Below are positions 39,539 through 49,509 of a DNA stretch of 64,000 bases, piece after piece. The notes beneath the pieces were generated by a model that did not search any database, was not told where the DNA came from, and saw only the letters and a list, made by a program, of their open reading frames with translations. The stretch comes from Octopus sinensis (taxonomy: Eukaryota). The first letter of the stretch is position 1; each line of letters opens with the position of its first letter. The translations under genes were made by a program, and so were the position numbers. The DNA is taken from assembly GCF_006345805.1 (NCBI RefSeq), contig NC_042997.1, positions 19,344,001 through 19,408,000 of the forward strand, in the 5' to 3' direction.

Positions 39539-40523
39539 CAAGACAGGATGCCTCTGGGAGCTCCTCTATGCTGATGACCTTGCTCTAATTGCTGAGTCTC
39601 TATCAGAACTAGAGGAGAAGTTTCAGAAATGGAATCAAGGTTTAGAATCGAAGCACCTTAGAATCAACCTAGCCAAAACCAAAGTCCTAATAAGTAGGAA
39701 GGTAGACCAATCACAAACGCCTTCAGGTAGATTGCCCTGCTCGATCTGTAGAAAAGGCGTAGGTAGAAACTCTATAAGATGCACCAAATGTAAGCTATGG
39801 ACACATAAGAAATGTAGTAATGTCAAAGGAAGACTAACTAAGAAAATAGTTTTTATCTGTGGCAGATGCTCAGGACCAATAAACTCTGAAAATATGCAGA
39901 GACCAACTTCTACCACGTTCCAGGGAGAAAAACTAGAAGTAGTTGATAGCTTCCTCTACCTAGGTGACCAAGTCAGTAGCAGGGTCGGTTGTGCTGAAAG
40001 TGTAACTGCTAGAGTAAGAATAGCCTGGGCAAAGTTTAGAGAGCTCTTACCCCTGCTGGTGACAAAAGGCCTCTCGCTCAAAGTAAAAGGCAGACTGTAT
40101 GATGCATGTGTACGTACAGCCATGCTACATGGTAGTGAAACTTGGGCTGTGACTGCTGAGGATTTGCGTAAGCTCACAAGAAATGAAGCTAGTATGCTCC
40201 AATGGATGTGTAATGTCAGTGTTCATAATCGACAGAGTGTAAGTACCTTGAGAGAAAAGTCGGACCTAAGAAGCATCAGTTGTTGTGTGCAAGAGAGACA
40301 TTTGCGCTGGTATGGTCATGTGATGAGAATGGCTGAAGATAGTTGTGTGCGAAAGTGCCACACCCTGGCAGTTGAGGGGACCTGTGGAGGAGGTAGACCC
40401 AGGAAAACCTGGGTCGTGGTGGTGAAGCACGACCTTCGAACTTTGGGTCTCACCAAGGAAATGACCAGAGACCAAGACCTATGGAAGTATGCTGTGCGTG
40501 AGAAGACCCGGCAAGACCAGTGA
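39537..40523 (+). CDS. RTE ORF2 C-terminal part (RT YADD motif, PHD-like finger, thumb); 5'-truncated
   Basis: Uninterrupted frame: WELLYADDLAL (YADD at 39567), INLAKTKVL, C4HC3 finger, EVVDSFLYLG, MLHGSETW, RWYGHVMRM, GRPRKTW. Confidence 0.85.
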
Positions 40524-40679
40524 GAACAGTCAAAATCAAAATCAAACCAAATCAATTCATATATCAGAAAGCAGAACCAAAATTGAGGTCGATCAACATC
40601 AGTGGGAATTGCAGCTGTGGTTAAGCGAACCATCCGATCGTGGTCGTTGCCGGCGCCGCCCCGTCTAGCCTCAGTGCTG

Positions 40680-41185
40680 GTGGCACATAAAAGCACCATC
40701 CGTTCGTGTCCGCTGCCAGCCTCGCCTGGCCCCCGTGCCGGTGGCATGTAAAAGTACCGTCCGTTCGTGTCCGTTTGCCAGCTCTGTCTAGCCCCCGTGT
40801 CGGTGGCACGTAAAAGCACCATCCGTTCGTGTCCGTTGCCAGCCTCGCCTGGCCCCCGTGCCGGTGACACGTAAAAGCAACATCCGTTTGTGGCCGTTTG
40901 CCAGCTCTGTCTGGCCCCCGTGTCAGTGGCACGTAAAAGCACCATCTGTTCGTGTCCATTGCCAGCCTCGCCTGGCCCCCATGCCGGTGACACGTAAAAG
41001 CACCATCCGTTCGTGGCCGTTTGCCAGCTCTGTCTGGCCCCCGTGTCGGTTGCACGTAAAAGCACCATCTGTTCATGTCCGTGGCCAGCCTCGCCTGGCC
41101 CCCGTGCCGGTGACACGTAAAAGCACCATCCGTTCGTGGCTGTTTGCCAGCTCTGTCTGGCACCTGTGCGGGTGGCACGTAAAAA
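40680..41185 (+). repeat. Tandem array in RTE 3' UTR, alternating ~61/62-bp A/B units (about 4 dimers)
   Basis: Units start GGTG(G/A)CACGTAAAAGCACC; GCCAGCCTCGCCTGG alternates with GCCAGCTCTGTCT.G. Confidence 0.95.
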
Positions 41186-41343
41186 GCACCCACTACACTT
41201 ACGGAGTGGTTGGCGTTAGGAAGGGCGTCCAGCCGTAGAAACACTGCCAGATCTGACTGGGCCTGATGAAGCCTTCCAGCTTCACAGACCCCAGTTGAAC
41301 CGTCCAACCCATGCTAGCATGGAAAACGGACGCTAAATGATGA

Positions 41344-41376
<33 letters not shown>

Positions 41377-41377
<1 letters not shown>

Positions 41378-41530
41378 TGGTAGAAAGTATGTATATATCT
41401 TATAAGTAGAATTAGGTGAGTTGATATATATGTTTGTCATATATTTCAACTGCTAAAAGGCAAATACACTGCAGTTACTGTGAAAAAATAATCTCTCTTA
41501 TGGTAAAAAGGTGTGAAAACACCTGGTTCA
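41377..41530 (+). repeat. Inner inverted repeat, left copy (154 bp)
   Basis: Reverse complement of 43039-43192 with 3 mismatches. Confidence 0.95.
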
Positions 41531-42259
41531 CTAATAAAGTAGTGGTGATACCAAAATGAAGGTGTGCATGCGTGTGTTTGTGCACATGGAAGGAGGCTTG
41601 TGACCTTGACGTGTGCATGTGTAAGTGTGTGGATGATGGTGTAGGGGCTGGGAAGTGGTCAGTGCTAGTGTGTGCAGGGTGGTGTGATGTAGTGATGTGT
41701 GGTGTGATGGTGTGGTGGTGTTAGGGTGTGATAGATGAGGTCCAATTTAAATGAAATATTAATTATACTTAGTCTGAAATTTTGTTTTTATTAAATAACT
41801 AAATTATTGCTTTGTTCCCTACTTTCCAGTCTTCAAGAAAATGATGAGTAATATGCTTCAGGAGAGTGTGTCAAGTTATTGTCGAAAATTATTTCTCACC
41901 TGACACAAATATTTCAGAACAGTATATTACTTGAAGCAAATAAATTTCAATTATAGTGAAATCAAGGAAAAAATTTAGATGAATCTATTGATTGGAACTA
42001 ATATATATATTTTCTCTTATTTTATAATTTTAAATGTCTGTATAATTATTATAATGCTTTTGAGTGTGTGTAAATATGTGTGAGGGTTACATATATGTGT
42101 GTGCTTCTTTATTCACAATGTTCCTCCTCTTCTACAATATTTTGAGTTCATGAAAAATAATTTCTGTATTTTAAAATAATTTTATTGAATAATATTAATC
42201 CTTTTAATAATCTATGTCTCTCTGGCTCTCTCCCTCACCCTCTCTTTCTCTGTGCTTAT

Positions 42260-42296
<37 letters not shown>

Positions 42297-42568
42297 GTGT
42301 GTGTTCTTATAAATTGAGGATATAATCATTAAAATGTTTATATCAGTGGCTAGTGTATAAAAAAAGACCATATAGGTAAAATTAATTCTGAAGTGCATAA
42401 TCATAAAAGTATAATTATAATTAAGGGTGCTTGAATGTCAGTGCCTATTTGCTAGAGGTAGATGTCCAATACCTACAATTCACTCTAAATCTGTTCTCTA
42501 TTTGCTCTCTACCCAAGGCTGAATGCAAGGTAATGAGCAGGATATATATATATATATATATATATATC

Positions 42569-42790
42569 CCAGACCAGGCGTTGTGTGTGTTTATTGAGCG
42601 AAAACACCTAAAAGCTCCATGAGGCTCCAGCAGGGGTGGGGGGTGGCGACCCCTGTTGTACACTTCTGCCACAACTTTTTCTCACTCTCTCTTCCTGTTT
42701 CTTGAGTGACGCTGTGATGAACTGATTTCCCATCCAACTGAGGGAAACACATATGTCACAGAAACCAGGAAACCAGGCCCATGAACCTGG
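42569..42790 (+). mobile_element. 5'-truncated SINE with family A body and a different 3' tail
   Basis: GTTTATTGAGCGAAAACACCTAAAGCT..GAGGCTCC as in 8033-8412; diverges after CTTCCTG. Confidence 0.7.
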
Positions 42791-43038
42791 CTAGGCTTGA
42801 AAAGGGGTGACGTTTATCGTTTTATACTTACACACTGCTTCACGCTGACACTTCCTTCTTTACTTTGGTCAGGCAATCTTACTAGTGCATATCAGACAAC
42901 ATGTTGACTGAATTATATATAAAGCTACGGATTTATAAAGTTTGTTCAGAGTTGCTTCTCTTAGGTACATCTCATTGACAAGAGTCAAAAAACTCGAAAC
43001 TTTGATATCTGGGATTCCTAATAGATGGCAACACTGAA

Positions 43039-43192
43039 TGAACCAGGTGTTTTCACACCTTTTTACCATAAGAGAGATTATTTTTTCACAGTAACTGCAG
43101 TGTATTTGCCTTTTAGCATTTGAAATATATGACAAACATATATATCAAGTCACCTAATTCTACTTATAAGATATATACATACTTTCTACCGG
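43039..43192 (-). repeat. Inner inverted repeat, right copy
   Basis: See 41377-41530. Confidence 0.95.
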
Positions 43193-43873
43193 TAGAAATG
43201 ACTAATTGTCCCTCTTAGCGTGTGGCATGTATGTATAATGCCATCGGGCATGTATGTATAATGCCCTCTATATATAAATTAATATGTTCAATAAGAAATA
43301 ATTATTTTCGAAATTTTTTCTCTTATGAGGTTTTCACGCTATCTACCTGACAATTTCTTGTTAAGTTTTCCTTATTAAGTAGTTGTCCTTAATTGCTAAA
43401 TTTTTATTCTGAAAAAACTTTTCCTTTCCCGAAATGCAATTCGTAAAAAGTCTGACATTTACAGGATGTAATATATGTAAACTCACCCATGTGCTTCGTT
43501 GATGTTGATCAGTTAGCTGATCGGCTTAAGCGAGGCAGGGTCGTTTATGTATGATACATCCAGGCCTGCTGATGAATACGTAAGTATGAAATCACTGTGA
43601 TACAGGTCTATATTTTTTAAATGTCTTACTTTGAAAAATTGCATTCGGTGGGATTAGTAATATTTTTGGTAGAAATGACTAATTGTCCCTCTTAGCGTGT
43701 GGCATGTATGTATAATGCCATCGGGCATGTATGTATAATGCCCTCTATATATAAATTAATATGTTCAATAAGAAATAATTATTTTCGAAATTTTTTCTCT
43801 TATGAGGTTTTCACACTATCTACCTGACAATTTCTTGTTAAGTTTTCCTTATTAAGTAGTTGTCCTTAATTGC

Positions 43874-43875
<2 letters not shown>
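43191..43875 (+). mobile_element. Retrozyme-like element: 477-bp unit present 1.44 times, containing a hammerhead ribozyme
   Basis: 43191-43398 is repeated at 43668-43875 (208 bp, one mismatch seen at 43338/43815); the hammerhead lies in the unique part; absent from the left arm of the inverted duplication. Confidence 0.7.
43562..43609 (+). ncRNA. Type I hammerhead ribozyme, canonical core
   Basis: Stem I AGGCCUG (43562-68) / CAGGUCU (43603-09); core CUGAUGA (43569-75); stem II AUAC-GUAA-GUAU; GAA; stem III AUCAC-U-GUGAU; NUH triplet AUA with predicted cleavage after 43602. Confidence 0.9.
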
Positions 43876-43915
<40 letters not shown>

Positions 43916-43951
43916 CACACATATATATACATGTATATACACACACATATA

Positions 43952-44348
43952 TACTCTCTTTTACTCTTTTACTTGTTTCAGTCAGTTGACTGCGGCCATG
44001 CTGGAGCACCGCCTTTAGTCGAGCAACTCGACCTCAGGACTTATTCTTTGTGAGCCCAGTGCTCATTCTATCGTCTTTTTTGCCGAACCGCTATGTTACG
44101 GGGACATAAACACACCAGCATCAGTTGTCAAGCAATGCTAGAGGGACAAACACAGGCACACAAACATATACATACACATACATATATATATACATATATA
44201 CGACAGGCATCTTTCAGTTTCCGTCTACCAAATCCACTCACAAGGCTTTGGTCAGCCCGAGGCTATAGTAGAAGACACTTGCCCAAGGTGCCATGCAGTG
44301 GGACTGAACCCGGAACCATGTGGTTGGTATGCAAGCTACTTACCACAC
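43952..44348 (-). mobile_element. CORE-type tRNA SINE (family C)
   Basis: Same family as 21034-21408; present only on the right side of the inverted duplication. Confidence 0.9.
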
Positions 44349-44361
44349 GATGATGATGATG

Positions 44362-46300
44362 ATGTATATATATACACACACACATGCATATATACAGGAT
44401 GATAATTAGAAGGGTACGTGGCATTACAGAAAATAAGTTTAAAAAATTGAACGAGATCACGATAGATGAATGGAAAATTTATACACATGCTCTTTATACA
44501 CATGCACACACACACACACTCATTGACACACTTGCTTTAAATGATACTATTTATCCAACTATGCTTCTCATTTTATTATTATTACTGTCCCTTATCACCA
44601 CCTCTCTGTTCCACCCCTATTTCCTTCACTTCGTCCATTCAGTGTGTCCAATTTAATCCCCATCTCTAATCATCTATCATACACTTTTTACATTCCCAAG
44701 AACCATAGTTACCACCCACTCATTTTGTTCCTCTGCCCCTATTATCTCTCATTTATTCACCTTGTACCTTGTACACCCACACCATCTCTCTTTTCCCTCT
44801 ATCATTCTCTCTCACACGTTCATTCATTCTCTCTCACTCACTCTCTCACTCACACACTCATTCTCTCTCTCTCTCTCTCTCTCCCTCTCTCTCTGTCTCT
44901 TCTCTCCAGCAGGTAATTCATGTATCACCTCTTCAGCAAAACATCTGTTTCTGTCCCTCTTTCCTTCTTTCACTTCATTCAATATTATGTTGAAGGGTAT
45001 TGTCCTACAGGTACTTTGTAACTTCATCAGTGTCAATGTCACTAAAACGTACTCAACATACTCTGTAAAGTGTTTGGCATTAGGAAAGTCATCCACCTGA
45101 ATAAACCCTGCCAGAGTGGACACTGGAGCTTGGCAAAATACTCTGACTTGTTGGTTCCCATTGAGCAGTCCTAATAATGCCAGCATGGAAAAGATATTGC
45201 AAATGGTGATAATGATGATGGTAGTGGTGGTGATAAAGGTGGTGGCGGTAGTGATGGTGGTAGAAATAAAGCTTGTGCAAGGCAAATAAAGCAAAATAAA
45301 TTTCAACAAAAAATAATTAGACGAAATGCTATTAGAAATGCGGCATACACTTTCAACTATATGTGTCAATGAAACAAACCATTTCACTAGTCAGCCCTTG
45401 GCTCTGATAATAAACCCATTAGGTTTTCATTAAACCACGTTATTAACTGCAAACCAGTACCAGGTAACCCCAATCTATGCTTTATATTACACTCACAATG
45501 GCAAACGAAATGAATCCTTAGCCTCATGAGTACACCAACAATCCAATGGTTTCAAATAGAAGAGCTAGGGGGCCATACAATAATGGTTACATAATTATGA
45601 ATATCATCACTATTCCTTTCTTGATCATGAGGGGCTCACAATTACCTTGGCCACTTTCTCCAAACAAGGCTTGACCACTGTATCTAGCATTTTGGTGCTG
45701 TCACAGCACTGACCTAGAGGCCATGTGGTTTAAAATGAAATAGCATAAGGTTTTCCTTACTCTTGACCTCAGGGCCATCAAAGACAATGTATACTTGGTT
45801 TTCTCCATTAACGTTACCTCTTTGTCTTCATACATATCCACCTTTGCTTTCTTTATTCAGCTCTAGTCCTGGTTAAAATTCATATTGGAGAAGAACCAGA
45901 TCATGATTGGTGTCTGAGGTATTCGAGCATGTTCAGAAAGCACTTTAACTGAATAACATAGCACTTCTTGCTCTTTCCAAATATGAACTGCTCACTTGAC
46001 ATCAAATAAAACTTGTATCTGAGGTCATATCTGATGCACTACATGTTGCATAGTGCATATGTCTAATAGTGGACTTTGCTATCTTAGCTGCTTTGGTGAA
46101 AATCATCATGAAGCTGCTGGGGTTGATGTGAAGTATGTCCAGAAACTTTAGCACAGTGTGATTCTCTATTTCAAGTGTCTAATGGAATCTGCCATGTTTA
46201 TGTTAAGGAATATATCTGAAAGAGAATAGAAGTAGTTAAAATTTTGATACCCCGCATAATATTCAGGTTAATCCAGGATTTAAATGTAAAGTTATTAAGT
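44362..46300 (-). repeat. Right arm of ~1.9-kb inverted duplication
   Basis: Reverse complement of 37503-39440. Confidence 0.95.
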
Positions 46301-46391
46301 TCTATGTCTTTGTGTTGAGTTCTCTGTTGCTTAACACTATTTATCATACATGTGTCTACAGAACACACAACATACACACATATCTATGAAT

Positions 46392-46710
46392 CAGAGACCC
46401 CCTTCGGTCATGAATGACCATCAGATTGCACCTAGAATGTCACTCTCTGAGGCACAAGTCTAGGCAAGGTTGTTTATGGAAGACCAGCAATCACCCATGC
46501 ATACCAGCTTCCCCTCTCTATGCCTCCGATGTTATCCAAGGGAAAGGCAAAGCCGATACAGCTTGGCACCAGTGATGTCACAACTCATTTCTGCAGCTGA
46601 GTGAACTGGAGCAACATGAAATAAAGTGTCTTGCTTAAGAACACAACACACAGCCCGGTCAGGGAATCGAACTCACAACCTGACGGTCGTAAGTTCTATG
46701 CTCTGACCAC
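46392..46710 (-). mobile_element. tRNA-headed SINE (family D)
   Basis: tRNA-like head (GTTCGATTCCC on -) and body GTGTTCTTAAGCAAGACACTTTATTTCA; distinct 3' tail. Confidence 0.75.
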
Positions 46711-47791
46711 ATATTATAAGTTACGTATATAATACATATATAATAAGCAAAGGCAAATATACTAAGTAATACACACATATACACATAAAATAGTTTATAT
46801 GCATAGGTGTATATAACTTTATTCATAAAAAAGTTTATAAGTACACTCATATAAGAGGTGTATATAGATAGTCATGTGCATACTCAGAATCATTTGATGA
46901 GACACTGTTTGTATCATGAATTATACAAATGTATTTTTGATGCTCAGTAACATTTTCGTGGTGGAGAATTACACATTAATCTGACACAAGCACATATATT
47001 TATATAAATAAATATGTATAAATCATATTTATAAATACATATGTGCGTGTTGTGTGTGTATATATATACCTATATGTAGATATAGATATATACATGTACA
47101 TATGTATATATAATATTTATATATGTATATACATATACACACACATGTATATGTTTATGCGCATGCATGCATGCATGTGTGTGTGTGTGTGTGTGTGTGT
47201 GAACTCGGAACAATAAACGCTTGCTGGAGTGGCTAATCCATCAGATAGTAACTAATGATACATATAAAATGACTGCCTCCAGTCATATGGATACATCCTT
47301 TGCTGGCTTAGACTGATTCAGACATGCTTCCATTAGATAGCCAACTCAAATGAAATGATAATCAAGTGCCCATAAGCTGAATGCATCATGGGTAATTAGA
47401 TAGTTTAAGACTAATCTGATTTTTTTTAGAGAGTGGCAGAAGTGGATATATCTTGGTATTATATTGCTAAGGGCACCAAAGTGAACATAAAAACTCAGAC
47501 ATTAATGGCAGTTGCAACACAGAAATCATATTTTGCTTTCTTTTTGCACGAAGAAGCTATTGAAATATTGAAATGGCCAAGACAATGGATTATTTTAGTG
47601 AAGGTTTCATATTTTCATATTGCATGTTTCTGAATTCTGCTATAACTGACTGTGCTTTTGCCTCTCTGGATCATTAAAAAACAAATATCACTAATATTCT
47701 AAGTTTCTTTTCCTTCCTTTTTATTTTCTTTTTGTTTCTGTTTTTATGAGAACGGATTTGTGCAAAAGGAAAAAGAGTAATATCAAATTAA

Positions 47792-47831
<40 letters not shown>

Positions 47832-47904
47832 GTTTAAAAAAATGGCAACTGCTCTCTGTTACCAAAAGTGTTATATGTGTATATGTATGCATATATGTAC
47901 ATTT

Positions 47905-48180
47905 CTGTGAAGGAGCATGTCTTAGTGGTTAGGGCATTTGGCTCACAATTGTAAGGTCATGAATTCAATTCCCGGTGACACATTGTGTCCTTGAGCAAGA
48001 CACTTTATTTCAAGTTACTCTAGTCCACCCTGCTGGCAAAAGTGAGTCGTACCTGTATTTCAAAGGACTAGCCTTGTCACACTGAATCTCCCTGAGAACT
48101 ACATTAGGGTTACTCATGAGCATGCTGTTCTGTTGATTGTATCAGCTGGGACCCTCATTGTCATAACCGATGGAGTGCTT
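47905..48180 (+). mobile_element. Chimeric SINE: family D-like body plus family A 3' tail
   Basis: GTGTCCTTGAGCAAGACACTTTATTTCA followed by GTACCTGTATTTCAAAGG..CCTTGTCACACT..GAGAACTACATTA..CAGCTGGGACCCTCAT..GGAGTGCT. Confidence 0.75.
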
Positions 48181-49509
48181 CTGTACATGTCTATATGTAT
48201 ATGTTTGTGTAAGTATATACAGTGAGAAAGGAAAAGAAAGAGAAAGAGAGATATACATATTTTTATAGGTATTTTTATTATTAATGGTGCTTAATATATC
48301 TAAAATTTCTCATCTTAAATACTCAGCTAAATTTGAACATATGCATATGTTAATAGTGATGTCTAAATAGAAATAGTTAATTTAAAGTGAACAGAATTTA
48401 ATGTTCTGAATTGCAAATATTTATCAAATTCTACACATTTCCATAAAAATATACAATAAAAATATATTTCAGTCAATTTCAGCTATAAGCAATTTTTGGT
48501 TATAATGCCCAAAATGTGCAAGAAAAGTTGAAAATTTAACCTAATGAAAATGGTGATTATTATAATGCCAAATAAAACATAACTATACTATTTTTCAATC
48601 TTGAATCAATACAAATGGATTTTTCGAATTTATATTTTTATGAGTTCGGTGATATTCATGCACACAACTTCAACACCAACCTATATTCCAAAAATTTCAT
48701 TGAGTTTTCAGAGACTTAAGACAATATGTTAAAAGGAAGGGTGAACATGTCTGGTGTTGTTAATAGATATTTAAAGAAGATTATAAAGAATCAACAAATA
48801 TACATTAAAATGCAGGAAATCCTTAAATTTGTCCCTGAACACTTCAAATACCCAAAACAGATTTAGTAGATATTAATTGAACTCTAGTTCCTCTGAGCCT
48901 ATCCAGCCCAACAAAAATGTATCCAAGCTTATATATACTATTTGGTTAAAATTTTCTTATACCATCTAATAAATTTTGAAGTGAGTGATATTTTGATCTG
49001 AAATTCATGTTAGACACAGAGAAACATATTATGACAATTGATTTTCTCTGCTAGTTATAAACGTATTTCTGTAATTTATAGAGCTTGCTTCTTAATTAAT
49101 TGCAGCCTTAGGTTAACTTATATTTTAATGCTTATACAATAAGAAGCAAGATAACAAAGAGTTTTACAATCTGTTAAGGATATAATTGCTCGTTTTTGAG
49201 AGATTTACTTGTGTTCTCTCTCTGTATAAATCTTGTATCACTATTTATGATTGAGAAAAATGTGTATGTGTAACATACACATATTGATATATACATATAC
49301 ATATGTATGTATGTAAGGCATTATTCCGTTTTATTTCAAGATTATTTGCCAATGAGGAAAGAGCTGGTTTATAACCTAGATCCAAGGCTCTTTTATTAGA
49401 ATTTCAACAACAGGGTATTTTTGTATGTATTTCTGCATATGTGCAAATATGCATGTTTTGTTTTATGCATGTATTTTCCTGCACATAGGTGCATATCTAG
49501 ATATGCTCA

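Larger units (their letters stand above)
39537..41346 (+). mobile_element. Young 5'-truncated RTE LINE inserted in (TA)n
   Basis: Open RT C-terminal frame, 3' UTR with tandem array, (TGA)n tail; (TA)n on both sides. Confidence 0.95.

Noticed and set aside
40621-41307. CRISPR-like array or repeat-protein ORFs
   Set aside because: No unique spacers, no cas genes, eukaryotic context; it is a tandem array in an RTE 3' UTR.
41377-43192. Independent TA-flanked TIR transposon
   Set aside because: Not excluded (TA on both sides), but divergence similar to the outer arms and contiguity after removing insertions favour one palindrome; no transposase inside.
43224-43265. loxP-like look of GCATGTATGTATAATGCC
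   Set aside because: No 13-bp inverted arms; resemblance is superficial.
43191-43875. TRIM/LTR retrotransposon reading of the 208-bp direct repeats
   Set aside because: No TG..CA ends, PBS or PPT seen; the ribozyme lies outside the repeats. Partial tandem redundancy fits better.
37503-46300. Polinton/Maverick or Foldback transposon with 1.9-kb TIRs
   Set aside because: No integrase or polymerase inside, no TSD, and the arms consist of decayed repeats and microsatellites.
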